This document shows, piece by piece, positions 13,401 to 27,724 of a stretch of DNA of 64,000 bases. The position numbers and the translations under genes were made by a program. The notes below the pieces were generated by a model. The model worked only from the letters and a program-made list of their open reading frames with translations, did no database searches and was not told where the DNA came from. Every line of letters begins with the position of its first letter. The first letter of the stretch is position 1. This DNA comes from the human T2T-CHM13v2.0 reference genome, Homo sapiens, in assembly GCF_009914755.1 (NCBI RefSeq), contig NC_060933.1. One strand, 5' to 3'.

Positions 13401-13813
13401 AAGTGTAAGATATTCCTGGTCTTTAGATGCCACATACAGGGAGAAGGCATTGCTGGTGCAGGTACTACAGTCTTGTTGATTAGCTTGTGTAATAACTCTG
13501 GTCATATTCCCCTCTCTTTTTCTCAAAATTATCCCATATAGTGGCTCCTTTTTGTCTAATCTCAGGGCCAGCTGAATCTAATGTGAGAGCCTGACAGGTC
13601 CCTGGCTCAATAGGCAAGCCACGCTGGGGAGCCCACAGAGATGAGTGGAGGGGCCTCTAATCAGAATCAAATCTGAGCTTCAGTGAGGAGTTTTATAGGA
13701 AGCTTTACTACATTTTTCTTCATGCACTACTCAATGGCAATGAACCATCTCCTAGGATCCATGTGTGTGTCTGTTTCCCAGCCAGAGCGGAACGAAGATA
13801 TGGTATCTCCTGG

Positions 13814-14333
13814 TGTCAGTTAGGATTCCCTCAGCACAAGTAACAGAAACCTGAAACAGCTGGTTAAAGTAGTGAGGACATTTATTTTCTCACATGCATG
13901 AAGTGGAGAAGTAGGGGTTTCGGGGCTGGTTGGTTCAGTGGTGTAGTCATTAGGAATCAACCTTTTTCCATTTTCCCACTCTATCATCCTAACATGGTAC
14001 CAGCAGCTCCAGGCACCACATCTAGACAGGAAAATATCCTGAGAGAGAAGTAAGAAAACAAAAAAACCCGGGTCTTTCCCTTGGGTTCACTTTTGAAATC
14101 AAGGAAATCTTTCCTCAAAGTCTTCCAGCATCAATGGCCAAAATTTTTTTGCATGTTCATTCCCAAACAAACCACTGGCAGGAAGAGGTTTAAGGGTACC
14201 ATGATAGGCATGGCCCCCGAGGATTCACCCTTGTGGGTTAGTCTGTCTTAAAGTCAAAGGCCGTATACAGAGTAGCCACTTGAACAAAAGTAGAAGAAAA
14301 ACAATGGATGTTGAAGTAACCAATAGCATCTGC
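13814..14333 (-). mobile_element. MLT1 (J/K/L-like) solo LTR
   Basis: tgtcagttaggattc...caagtaacagaaacc...cagcagctccaggcaccacatc...aaggaaatctttcc. Confidence 0.8.
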
Positions 14334-15884
14334 TGAACTCCTGTCATCAAACTTAGCTGGGTAAACTAAGGGAAACTGGGAAGATACAAAATAAGGATGG
14401 TGCAAAAATTGGTATAAGCATATTTTGTTGATTAAATTTTCTTACCTCTTTCTTTGCTCTTTGTGGCTGGCCATTTTGACCCATTATTCCTGCTTTATTT
14501 ACCAAATTACTAACCTCTGCAAATTATGCCTACTTATATTATACTTTCATGTTATTATCTTTAAATATTTCTCCTTCAGTTTGCTCTCTCAGATCTTTTT
14601 GCAGAATTAATCTCTGTTTCCCCCTGTATTTTCACAGCATGGTTTGGTACCTCTTGACGTAGAGTCCCTTCTGCAAAGCTCTTTCTGTAGGCTTTGCTAA
14701 AGGGAGTCTGTGTAGGCATTTATTTTCCAAATAGATAGTAAGCAAACAGAACTCGGGGGTTATCCATCCTCATTTCAGTACCCTGAGCACCTTTCCAGCA
14801 TTTCAAACATGGAGCACTTAGTACATGTGTGTTCATTTGAAAAAAATAGCTTATTTTTATGGCCACGTGCAGATGTGGTCAGGAGGTAGATTCTTCATTC
14901 TCTTGTGAATAAGCTTATAAACCATGACACTGATTCCTTTGCTTCTAGATGATTTTGACAAAATTATTTTTCAAGTAGCCTATAACTCTTCTAAGGCTTA
15001 AAAGCCAAAAAGAAAAAAAATTAAAAGTCTCTGTGACTTTACTTGGCCTGAAGGAATATTATTTGCATTCAACCCTTTTGAATGGCAGGTTTCAACCAGA
15101 TACCTTGGCAGCATTTCCATCCTTTACAATAGTAATTTCCAGTGTGGCTCTTGCCTCCAGTTTCTGAAAGAGCTTTCTTTGAGATGAAAACTACTCCTTT
15201 CTTCGGTTAGAGGTTGCTTTCCTTCTGCCACTTTATCCCCTTTTTATTCCTATTGCAGAATGGCTTTTCTTTGGCATGGTGGCCCCAAAGGCTGAGCTCC
15301 TTTAGGAAGACTGTACACTTTGCATTGTCCTGAGATGTGGGCATGAGTAGCCAGTGGTAGAACTCCCTGCAGAACTCAGGGCTGCCTTAGCTCCAGAAGG
15401 CAATGGCACACTTGTGGAAAATATCTGTTTCTATCTCTTTAAGCTTCTTTCTTCTTCAGAGTTCCTCATGTAGTGACTTTCAGTCACTGACACATTCATG
15501 TCTATTATACTCGAAGACTTTGTTTGTGATACATTAAGAGTATTGGATTTATCATGGGGTCCTAGAGTATCAGAAGGGTCTTTGAAACCAATTTATTCTC
15601 TTTTTTATTCTAAAAGTTGATCAGTGACTGTTGGGTCTTAAATGGGAAAGGGAAAGTTATTTGTGATGTGGCTTCATTTTATCCTTGGCTGGCCAACACC
15701 GTAGGTTCTATAGGAGATGAGGCAGAGTGGCTAGAGGAAGACACTAGGAGAAGCAGATGTGTTTCCCAGTGCTCTAACATAGTGTGTCCTGCATGGAAAC
15801 AATGCTATAAATAATGATTAAGTTCAAAGGTTAACACAGAAAATTCTTTTTAATCAATAACGTGCCTAAAGTCTGAAAGTATCT

Positions 15885-16145
15885 TATATTTGCACAGAAC
15901 TATAGTTATGAAATGATTTTGGGTTTAGTATCTTATTTGACCTTAATAATTTTGTATGCTAGTATTACTATCCTCATTTTACAGATGAGAAACATCCCTA
16001 TCTCACAGGATCTAGCACAAAGTAAATGGTTAAAAATGTTTATTAGATGAATGAACAATCAATAGACACAGTAAACTCAGTCTCACATGGTATTTTGGTG
16101 AAGCTGGGGCTTGAATGCAGTTCTTCTGAATCTTGGGTCCAGTCC
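15885..16145 (-). mobile_element. MIR interrupted by a + strand L2 tail fragment (~16000-16065)
   Basis: tatcctcattttacagatgagaaac, then tctagcaca...ttagatgaatgaa (L2 tail), then gctggggcttgaatgcag (MIR resumes). Confidence 0.6.
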
Positions 16146-16585
16146 AGAGATATTTTTATGTCAGTATTTCTCAGGTTTGCTGTGGAAAGACCCCTGTGTG
16201 AGAGGAGAGTCAATGAATCAACTGTGTCTGGGGACACAGACTGAATTTACCCAGTGAGAGATTTCTTAGAGCATCTGTGCTTTATTGATTTAAAAAACAA
16301 ATTTTCCCCTCAAATATAGTCATGGTTGTGGGAAAAAGACAACTCAAACAATGCAAATTTATATGAAGTGATCACAGGGTTAACTGTCATTTAGTTTCTG
16401 TACACATCTGGGTTTTATTTTAAAGATTCATGTGAATTTAGCTTTCCATTCCATACGCTCATATACAAGTTATGTTTAAAATGACTTATTAAGAACAACT
16501 GACTCCAGGAAGACACACTGTGTATATCCTGTGACTGGGGCATCTTGTGCATTATGGCTTATACCTATGTTACAGAATATCCCAG

Positions 16586-16941
16586 TGTCTTAGTCTGTTT
16601 GGGCTGTTAAGCAAAATATTTTAGACTGGGTAATTATAAACAACAGAAATGTATTGCTGACAGTTCCGGAGGCTGGGAAGCCCAAGATAAAGGCACCAGC
16701 AGATTCAGTGTTATGTAAAGGCCTGTTTTTCATAGGTGGTGTCTTCTATGTGTCCTCACATGGCAGAAGGGGTGAACTAGCTGCTTCCAGCTGCTTTTAT
16801 AAGGACATAAATCCCATTCATGAGGGCCCTGCCCTCCCAGCCTAATCACCTGCTAAAGCCCCCACCTCTTAATACTATTGCTTTGGTGATTCAGTTTTAA
16901 CATACAAATTTTGGGGGGACACAAACATTCAGATTATAGCA
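16586..16941 (-). mobile_element. MaLR solo LTR (MSTC/MLT1A-like)
   Basis: TG...CA termini (tgtcttagtctgtttgggctg...cattcagattatagca); perfect 5-bp TSD cccag. Confidence 0.93.
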
Positions 16942-18474
16942 CCCAGTTAGGGAACGATGGAGTCCTGCTGCTGTTCCTGCTTCTCAAGACAGTGTGAATT
17001 ATGAGGATGGATGAGGTACCAACCATAACAATAATCCTGTTTCCATGGGGAAATACATGCTCAGTTCTCAGCAAATTAATGTTAGGAACATACCTTGGGA
17101 CTAATTGTGTGCCTCTAAGGTCCTTGCTAACCTCAAAGTGGTTTAATTTCAGTCTCAAACTTTCTGTGAATCACAGGTTACCTGGGTCAGTTATAGAACG
17201 TTTCCTTCCCCCGTGGCAGCATCCCACTGACCATATCTGGAGATACTCAGAGTAAGTATGTTGGTGGTGCCTTGTATTGGTTGCCACAACATTTCAGGCT
17301 TATGGCTATGATGGCAGTACATCACTACTTCAAGCAGTGATTTTTTTTAAATCAATTCTCTCCTTTGAATCAGCTTTGGCAGTTCACCCTCATCTCCTTC
17401 TGATCACAGCTGCCCATGTTGAAAGGCTGAAGGTAAAGGTCTTTACAGAAAGCAGTGAGGGTTACACTTTGTTTTTAGTCACACTTGTGTGATCAGTGAA
17501 AATAAGCCTCGGCTCTGAATTCGGAGAGGGTAAGAATGATGTTCCCTTCACCCTCACCTTAGTTCTACCTGCTTGGTCCGTGAGTCAGCTTCTGAGGATA
17601 GAACATAAATTTCCTCGCCCTTTCTTTCCTCTCCCACATCATCTTCAAATCTGCATATGTCAGGATGGATGGCCTGACTTTTCTGCGGGAGGAAATCACT
17701 CTAATTTAGATTCTGTAGGTGGTGGGGGGAGGGAAACAAAGGATCAGTTCAGTGAGAAATAAACTGAAGACTGTCTGTCCCCTTCTTCCTGACTCAAGAA
17801 GATAAGTATTGTACACAGCGATGGAACTTTGGATAATCTCCTTGTTTGACTATTTTCTGCACGTTTCAGGGAGTAGCTCTTTGTCTAGCCATTGCCTCCC
17901 TGTTGTGTTAGGCCCATCACCCAGGCATTACTTGGATGATTACGAGCAGCACATATAATAGGTCAACAATAATATACCTTTTCTAAAAATATGTGTCTAA
18001 TATGGTGTCATTGTATTGGGAGTCAGGAAAATGAACTCCACTCTCAGAAGAAATAAAATGGAAAAAGAATCCAACAGCATGATTATAACTCACTTTCCCC
18101 TTAATACCTCTCGTGCATTTTAGAGTTTCTCATAAATGTTTTTTCTTCTGTGTGTTGTCTTGGTACTATTTTCATTAAGAATAGCTGGTACCTGCTGAAA
18201 TGGTGGCCCTGTGATCAGAGGACTATGATTTCCTCTCATCTGTTTTACTGGAAGCTCTGTGAAGTAGGGAGAGCTTGGATTTAAAGTAAGATGTCATTGA
18301 CAAGCAAAAGAAAGTATTTAGTTAATGTAATGACCTTCTGTTAGTAGGGGAAAATAACCTGGGGTACATTGGAAAAGACAACCTACAATGGAGTGATATC
18401 AAGTAAAGGAGCTGGCTCAGAAATGACTGATCATTGTGCTTATTGCACCTGGAAAAAGGAGAATCAGGGGAAGA

Positions 18475-18700
18475 GAATTAACATTTATGGAGTACCCATT
18501 ATGAGTGAGCCATTGAATTTATTTGAAGGACATTAAAACATTTAGATCTATAATTCATCTGGTGGGAGTTTTTTTTCCCCTCATTTTACAGACTAGGAAA
18601 CTGAGGCTCAGATCAGTTCAATGATTTGCCATAGCCTGGAAGAGGGTAAAGCTGAGCTTCATACTGGGTTCTGTCTGATGGGTTACCATTATACCATATA
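18475..18700 (-). mobile_element. MIR SINE
   Basis: ctcattttacagactaggaaactgaggctcaga. Confidence 0.85.
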
Positions 18701-18823
18701 AAAGGGCAAAGTGTTAATTTTAGTATTTGTGATAAAAGTAAACACATATAGGCAAATTTTATGTGATGTAATTTGATAATGCAGAGGAGAATCCACCCTC
18801 TAAAATAACTTCTATACCCAGTC

Positions 18824-19190
18824 TGTATTAGTTATTGCATTGCTATAAAGAACTGCCTAAAACTGGGTAATTTGTAAAGAAAAGAGGTTTAATTGACTCA
18901 CAGTTCCCCAGGCTGTACAGGAGGCATGGCTGGGAGTCTTCAGGAAACTTACTATCATGGCAGAAGGCAAAGAAGAAGGAGGCATGCCCTACATGGCTGG
19001 AGCAGGAGGAAAAGAGAAGGGGAAGCAGATCTCCTGAGAACTCTATCACGAGACAGTATTAGGGGGATGGTGCTGAACCAGTAGAAACCACCCCCATGAT
19101 CCAATCACCTTCTGCCAGGACCCACCTCCAACACTCATGATCACGCTTCAACATGGGATTTGGGTAGGGACACAGGGCCAAACCATATCA
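18824..19190 (-). mobile_element. MSTA/MSTB MaLR solo LTR
   Basis: tgtattagt...gaggtttaattgactcacagttc...gggacacagggccaaaccatatca; TSD cagtc/cagtt. Confidence 0.93.
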
Positions 19191-19303
19191 CAGTTCAAAA
19201 TTTTACCATTAAAGATGTATTCCTTTGGGTTAAATGTTGACTGTTTAAAATATCTGGAAGACAAAACACACAGTAAAACCCCAATGTTTTTAAGGTTTGA
19301 TGT

Positions 19304-20030
19304 TGCAAAAGAAAAACAGAATCTCAGGATCTCAAACTCCCTATGCCAAAGGGAGACTTAAGCTTGGTAACTGAGTCATGCATAACAAACAAAAATTGCC
19401 TTCCTTTTGTTTCTAGATAGCTGCAACATAGAAGGCCACAGATCTCCCCAGGTGGCCTCCCTCACAAATTGCTCACAAGGAAAAATTCCTGTCGGACCCC
19501 AAATCTTTCAGAATACATGTGCCCCCTATGACCTAACCCTAAAATAGAATTCTGTTGAATCTTACCCTGACAGTGTAAATGAATAGCTTATCTTCACAGA
19601 TACTAGACAAAAACAAGACTAGAAATCATCCTTCCTCCCACCCCAGGCAAATGCATAATTGACTTCTTCTACTCTATGTTTACTTAAGTAAGATGTAGAT
19701 CTACTGAACACAAGATGAATGCATAACTGACTGTTCCTCTACTCCTTTGTTTCATATGTAAAATGTGAATTCAGTGACTGCTAATCAAAGCCTTACAAGA
19801 ATACAACCAGTTGCCTCAGTGCCTACCCTCCCTTTTTTTTTCCTCCTCCCCCACTCCCCTCTCTCCTCTTTAAATACAGAAGTCCTCAAACCCCTCTTTG
19901 GAAAAGGCGCACAGGCAGAAATCACACAGGCTCTTGTGATTTATTCCACCCCCCACCAGGAGTGTCTTTAATCTTGGCAAAATAAACCACAAAATTGATT
20001 GAGACTTGCCTCCACCTTTTTTGGTTTACG
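19304..20030 (+). mobile_element. ERV1 solo LTR, MER4 group
   Basis: tgcaaaagaaaaacagaatctcagg...gccaaaggga start; polyA signal in ttggcaaaataaacc; end ttggtttac(g); 4-bp TSD atgt (19300-19303, 20031-20034). Confidence 0.85.
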
Positions 20031-20359
20031 ATGTCCAGTTCTCTTCTAAGATGAGTAAATTTCATATCCTCCAAATCTTGAGAAAATCGGTAGTCGCTAT
20101 TGGGCAGAGATGGGAATATTCAGGGCAGGCTGGAAGTAGCAAGGGCAATGCTGACCAGCAGTGAGCCAGGGAGGGGACCAGCCACCATGTCACTTTTCTT
20201 AGCTACAGATAGTCTCATTAAAACAGCAAGAAATGTGAAAGTAACAGTTCTGTCACTAAACACCACAAATTGTCAGGAGCTCTGAGAACAGACCTCAAGG
20301 AAGTATCTGAAATGTTGGCAGAAAATGGGGAGAGGGAGTCTGGCTAGCAGCTTATGCTC

Positions 20360-20365
20360 AGAGAG

Positions 20366-20419
<54 letters not shown>

Positions 20420-20435
20420 CGCACACACACGTGTG
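20360..20435. repeat. Compound microsatellite (AG)5(GT)21(GC)6(AC)4
   Basis: read directly. Confidence 0.97.
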
Positions 20436-20613
20436 AGACAGACACAGAGACAGACAGAAGGAGGAGTTTAGAGATGAATGTGTCCTCACTCCCAGAGCCC
20501 CCTTTTGAATTCCTTATGTCTGTTTATGCCTCTAGAAGCCTCCCATTTACCCTCGTGTCCAGAATATTTGTCATTTTAAATTTTTATTGTTCTATCACCC
20601 ATCCCCTTTCCCA

Positions 20614-20637
20614 ACACACACACACACACACACACAC
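20614..20637. repeat. (AC)12 microsatellite
   Basis: read directly. Confidence 0.95.
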
Positions 20638-22450
20638 CCTTCTTTTCCAATGACACTTGACGATCTCCTAGGATCTTGTACAATTGATAGCTAATGGCTT
20701 TCTTTAGATTTTCCAGTAAATATTTAGCACTAAAGTGTCTGTAGGTGGCACTCTTAGCTCTGATCACGGCTCTACCAACAGGAATGTGAGCTGGCTGTGG
20801 AGGAAGTATAGATGGATGCTGACTTCAGCTGGTTGGCTCTAGGATACGGAGCCCAAAGTAAGATTCAGTATCCCTTTGGCACCTGGAGGGAGTCCTTTCA
20901 ACTCAGAGGTATTCCCTCAGGCTAACCCTAACTCCCTTTACCCATTGTCTGGAGGTTGGAGATTCACTCATTCACCAGTATAGCCTCTTCACTCCCAATT
21001 TCTAAGCAATCAACAGTTTATGTTCTTGTAGCCTTAGGGCCTAAGTATTAGGCTCCCCCATGGTGGGAATCCTAGGCGTTCCAATGCTCTGCACTGTGCT
21101 TTTGGCTTCCAAGGAGATCCTACTACTGGAGTGTAATCCCCTGGATACATCTCCCTGCTGAAGAAAAAAAGTTGAAAAGCACAACAGCTATGAATCCATA
21201 CCCCTTAAAACCATTGGTGACTTGGTGGAGTTTCTGAAAACATGCCTTTAGTGGGTAGTTCTCTACCTCTCCTTTTACTTCTCATTAACAAATAAATAGC
21301 AAACATGAAACCTGAGACAGGAGAGGTGGGGGAGGAACCATGCAATTCTTTCAGCTGCATTTGTGGTTCAAATAGAAGCAAGGAATGCTATAAATGTTCT
21401 GACAAGGATTGAAGATATTTTTATAGTGACAGATGCACATGTGGGAGGCTGCCTGTGGTACCATTTTTGGAAGGAAGGCTCCCAGCTTCCAGGGTCATTA
21501 AAGTCAGGTGTTCTTCCTTGCTTTTGCATTAACCTCTGGTTGGAAAGAAGGCTTATGTTCTGCCCAGATCAGATTGGCCTCACTGGTGGGAACAGACTTG
21601 TGCTTAAAAAGAAAGCCCATCCTGGTAAAAACAAAACAAAAACAAAACACAAAACAGACTGGAGTGTATTGTGAGCTGATAACAATAGATTGGCTTAAAC
21701 CCTCAGCTTTGTTCTCTGGGCCCAGAAGACCTGGAAAGACCTGGAAGTGGTTATAATGGTTTGTGAACTGCTAGCAGCCTGCAGCCCAGACCTAGGAGAA
21801 GTGCCTGGAATGCTGAGAGAGAAAAGGGAGAGAGTTGTACTGGGGGTTCATGTTCAAATAGGAAAAAAAATTTGCTTTTTCCCCATATGTTACCTTCCTC
21901 TAATTTCTTTTTTGTTTATGCTACCAGCATTTCTCCAAGACTAAAAATCTGAATTTTCTCCATCCTCCTTCATCTTCATCATTTATAGCCAATCATCAGT
22001 CACATTTTTCCAGTTTCACTTATTTTGTCAATTTTCCTTAAGTCTCCATGTCACATGCACACAGACACACACACACACACACTCACATCCCATGTCTTTC
22101 CATTCCATTGTCACCCACTCTAGCTCTGACCTTTATCAAAATTCAATAATTCAATTGAGTTTATTGATACCTTCCGATCTCTATCTGTTTCTGCCAGTTC
22201 TGGGCACTCACCATTATGAGATTAGGTCTGATCAGGCTCCTCACCTCCTCGTAAATCTTTAGTGGCCACTCACTAGACAATCAAGTCCATCTTTACTCAA
22301 GGACTAGATGCCTCTTGAAGGAAAAAACATATTTAATTCACATTTTTACTTTCGGGGTGCCTAGGACTCTAAAATATCATTTGAATTCAAATGAAGGGAA
22401 TGGAAGGTCTTTGATGTCATCTCATAATCTGGTATTTTAGTTTTTCGCCC

Positions 22451-22918
22451 TGTAGCAGATGCTGTTAATGGCTCGTCTCTGAGAGTCACCTGCAGCTTCA
22501 GTAGACGGTTGTCTGTACACTTGAAAGACTTCCTGCCTCAAGTGCCTGTGTCCCTTTGCTTGCTGGCTTCCTCTAGATGAAGGTGTAGGCTCAGCTGAAA
22601 GTGCCTTGGAATTACGCCCCAGGAAGCAGCAACCCTCAACCAAAGACAGATGGGAGTTGGTGGGTAACAACCCCAGCTTCCTTGTCCCTTGGGAGGGCAA
22701 TTCTGAATTGTGTTTCATGCAGTCTCTCAGTAGGTCTCTGGGGGGAATGTGTTCCACTTACCAGCAGTGGCAGCCCAACCATTAACACACCCTTCATTGG
22801 CTTTCCCTTCTTTCTCTGGATGATTTCACTACTTTCTCTACTAGTTTCCTGGAATCACTCCAAAATAAGCTATATGAGCCCAAATTCTTGCCTCAGGTCT
22901 GCTTTTAGGGGAACTCGA
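22451..22918 (+). mobile_element. LTR16 (C-like) ERVL solo LTR
   Basis: tgtagcagatgctgtt...gcaaccctcaaccaaagacagatgggagttggtgg...tcctggaatcactccaaaataag...ctcaggtctgcttttagggga. Confidence 0.85.
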
Positions 22919-23091
22919 TCTTTCCTATGCAACCCTAGCTCCACACACAGGGCTGCAGACTGTCCTCTGCACATATCCTGTGCTTTTCCGTCTCCACCAG
23001 AGTTGTTCCCTCTGCCTGGAATACTTCCTTTTATTTCTGTGGATCAAGAATCCATTTATCTTTGAAAACCTCGCAATCTATCCTTCTCTAA

Positions 23092-23498
<407 letters not shown>

Positions 23499-24463
23499 GG
23501 GGGTATGTTGTCTTTATCTTTGCCTTCATCACACTGACTGGTGCTAGTATATGCTGAATAAATGAATGTTGACTAATAGTTAAGTGGATGGTCAGGGATG
23601 GAAGACTTTCATTCTCCATGTGTCTGGTTCCTCATTGTCTGACGCATGAGATAAAGCATTTCTAATTCCCAGGACACTAATGGATCAAGATGTGATTTTA
23701 CTTCAGTTGGTTTAAAGATTGCAAGCATTCCCTGAGTGACCCTTCTCTGCAATTCCAAAAGCAGAGCAACAGAATCAGATTATTTTTTTCAGGCTTGAAA
23801 CCAAGTAGTAGTAGCACCATCTGTGGTACTCATGGCCCCTTGTGTTGTGGCTGGAGCTGACCTGTAGCAAATGTACTTTTAGTGACCTCAGAGCGTATTA
23901 CAACCTCATTTTTCAACTATAATTCCTTCTCACCATCCTAGGTGGAAAAAAAAAGTGATTACCAGGGGTATTGTGGAGGGAAAGCTAAACAGGGTTACAC
24001 AGAAGGGGCTGATGGAATATGTGTGGCCTGTGCATGTCTCCCAAGGGATCAGCCATCACATAAACAGTCCTCCCTTCTAAATTGCATGGTTACTGAGATA
24101 GCCCAAGGCCTGCTTTCCAAGACTGCTGGGCTGCAACATTAGAGTATCTCTCTGGGAATAAATGCCTCAGCTGGGTCCTGCCTTTCAGCCTGAGCTGCAT
24201 TCATCATAGATGGTTGATTGAAGGTCAGATTCTTAAGATAAACAGTCAGAATGAAGCAGCTAACTGTTGGTGGGTTGCTAGATACCTCAAGTTGGGGGTG
24301 GGGCCTGAGCCTGAATCCTAGACAGCCTGTCTCCAACAAAATGTCTTCCACATACATGAAGCTGAGATTGTGTGTGTCTATGTGCCTCTGTGTGTCTGCG
24401 TTTAATATGATATGTGACCCTAAGAATCTTGAGACATAAGAGAATTTTAGATCTAAATTTCCT

Positions 24464-24817
24464 TGATATGGTTTGTCTCTGTGTCTCCACCCAAATCTCA
24501 TCTGGAATTGTCCCCATTTATTGAGGGAGGGAAGTGATTGGATCATGCGGGCGGTTTACCAGATGCTGTTCTTGTGATAGTGAATTCTCATGAGATCTGA
24601 TGGTTTTATAAGCATCTGACATTTCTCCTGCTAGCACTCATTCCCTCCTGCCACCTAATGAAGAATGTGACTGCTTCCCCTTTGCCTTCTGCCCTGATTG
24701 TAAGTTTTCTGATCCCTCCCCAGCCATGTGGAACTACGAGTCAATGAAACCTTCTTTGCTTATGGATTATCCAGTCTTTAGTATTTCTTTATAGCAGTGT
24801 GAAAATGGACTAATATA
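24464..24817 (+). mobile_element. THE1 (C/D-like) solo LTR
   Basis: tgatatggtttgtctctgtgtctccacccaaatctcatc...gcagtgtgaaaatggactaatata; TSD ttcct on both sides. Confidence 0.95.
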
Positions 24818-26190
24818 TTCCTCAAAAGAAGTAAGATGAAGTCTATAATGACTTTTGTCCACACATCTACATAGCAAATTCAGATCAGAGTTTCATTTTC
24901 CCTTGACTAATTCTTTTTATTTTCACTATTGCTCACATCTGTGTGCTTCTGAGGAAGTGAAAATTTGATTCCCAGCAAGATTAAGACTTCTGTTTTCTCT
25001 CTTCCACCTAGAATTGGGACCATATAGCCTTTGTTTCACAATCATGGATCTGTGCCCATCTTGAATTTTTAGGATTTCATTTATAACATCCAGTTATCGG
25101 AATATAGTCTATCCAACCCATGTCTTGAACAAGTGTTGCTTGCAGGATGTGATCAAATGGCTTTATTTGTTATCTCCCAAAGTCCATTTAACTCACTTCT
25201 CTTGGTTTACTTCTTCTTCTGTGGATACAAACTCAGGCATCCCTACAAATTTTCTAGATACTTTAGGTATTACCAATAGTCTTGGCCAGATACTAAAATT
25301 CCTAGTTCCATGTAATCCGAATTTCTAACTTGACTTAAAGGGTAAAACTTTCCCTCTCTCTTTGGGAGACCTTGCAGCAGGACACCCACTTCTTGCGGGA
25401 GAAGGAGACAGCCTCTTTTCCCTTATCCTGCTTTCAGGCTCTGCTTCTTCCCTCCACCATCATGCTAAGCAACACTTCTAATCTCTCCAGGATTAGTGGA
25501 TGGGAATAGAAAGTGTGGAGAGAGACAAGAACAGGAAAGTTTTTACTTAGTTAAGATGATTGTGACCTGATGTCATTATTTGGTTCTGGTAAGTTTTAAA
25601 AGTGGATTCTTTTGCTTAAGAGGTACTTTGTAGGTTCTTTGGGAATCTGTATTTCTGGGGTTTTCTCACCTGTAGTCTCCCTGGTGCAGGAGATGACCTC
25701 TATTCTAGCTCATTCCTTACAATTGCCTCTTCAGCCCACGGAACAGCATTTTCCCCTCAGCTCCTTGCTGTGAAGAAACATTCACTTTGTGAGATACTAG
25801 TTTTCTTTATACTAGCCATCTCTGATCCCGATGCATTTTTCACGCTTTACCTTAGTGCCTTTGGGAGTTGCAGGATGATATCCACATAGTTGTAACCCTT
25901 CCTGTGCTCCCACCATTAGGGCAGTTGGCTAACCCATCTCTTGATTTTTAGATTCTTCAATGTGAGTAACACATTAGTCAGCTTTCTGAGTGGTTTGTTG
26001 AAGCCGTTCTCAGGAGGTTTAAGATAAGAGGCAGGTACCCTTTCTTCAGGAAGGAAAAACTCATAGCATACCAACTGTCCTTTGTAAAAATCCTCTCCAC
26101 AAATGCTGTCTTAATCTTCAATTTTGACTATTTGTACCCTTGACGTGGATGAAAAGCTTGAATTGTTTGACAGGTTTTTTATTATCTTCC

Positions 26191-26568
26191 ATATCAGTCA
26201 GGGTAGGGTAGGTTGTGTTGCAGTAACAAATGATCACCATTTTTCATTGGCTCATGACAAAAAGGCTTGTTTCTCACACTACATATCTTTCAGGGTCAGC
26301 CATGTTTTGCTCCTCAATGTCTCTACCCCAAGACTCAGGCTGACGGTACAGTCTCTCTCTGAAACGTTAGTTATTGTGACATAGGGTAAAAATGAGTATG
26401 GCAAAGCACTCACTGATTTTCAAGGCTGCTGTCTGGATTCTTCTGCCTACATTTTCTTGACCAGAGCAAACTACACGGACAATCTAATGTCAGTGAGGCT
26501 GAGTATATTCCCCTCTCACCCCAGGATGGATCAGTAAATATTTGTGAACAGTAATACAGTCTATCATA
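26191..26568 (-). mobile_element. MLT1I/J solo LTR
   Basis: tatcagtcagggtagggtaggttgtgttgcagtaacaaa...actcaggctgacgg...gtgaacagtaatacagtctatcata. Confidence 0.8.
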
Positions 26569-26609
26569 CCTTTAAAAACAAAAACAAACAAACAAAAAAA
26601 ACTTGTACC

Positions 26610-27009
<400 letters not shown>

Positions 27010-27039
27010 TTATAGGTGTGGCTTCTATAAGTGACATAT

Positions 27040-27225
27040 CATGGGGTAGTAGAAAGAGTTCTAATTCTGGAATCCCATTTGGACACTCAACTAGTACAAG
27101 TCTTTGAGCAAGTTAATTAACTTATTTGAGCCACCGTTTGTTCATCTTTAAAATGGGCCTTATAATAATGTTTTCTTCATGGTAACCGTGGGGATTGTCA
27201 TTAGTGCACATAAGGGCTTGGCATT
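27040..27225 (+). mobile_element. MIR SINE
   Basis: tttgagcaagttaattaacttatttgagcc...gttcatctttaaaatggg. Confidence 0.75.
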
Positions 27226-27724
27226 AGTGATGCTGCCTCTATTCTATACATCTTGGGGGCAAGGGAGACAAAACTGTGATAACAGATGACTGTGTTCTGA
27301 AGTCCTGATGAATTCTGAAGTCATTCTAGGATTATCATTTCTCAAAAACTTCCAAAAAATAATCCTATGGAGTCAATAATAATAAACAACTCCATATTCT
27401 GGCCAAAAACTCCATATTATGGCCTGAAATCTGGCTATTCCAGGCCATAAAACTATCAGAGAAAGAAATGTTGACATTTATAATAGAATTTTCTGATTAC
27501 GCCTAAAGCCTGATATTATTTTCAAATGATGGCTAGAAGTGGAAAAGAAACGTCCATTCTGAAGGTGTCAGCAATTTTTCTGTATCTCTGGAGGTGTAGA
27601 CTTGAATTCACCTTTGAGGGCAGATTTCTTCCTTGTTCTGAGGAAACACCAACAACCAAAACAACAAAGAAAGCCCTCTCCTGGAACTTGATTGTGCAAA
27701 GGTAAATCAAAGATCTTTTTCAGG

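Noticed and set aside
22601-23065. Longest ORF in the track (154 aa)
   Set aside because: GTG start, runs through LTR16 and L2 sequence, no recognisable domain.
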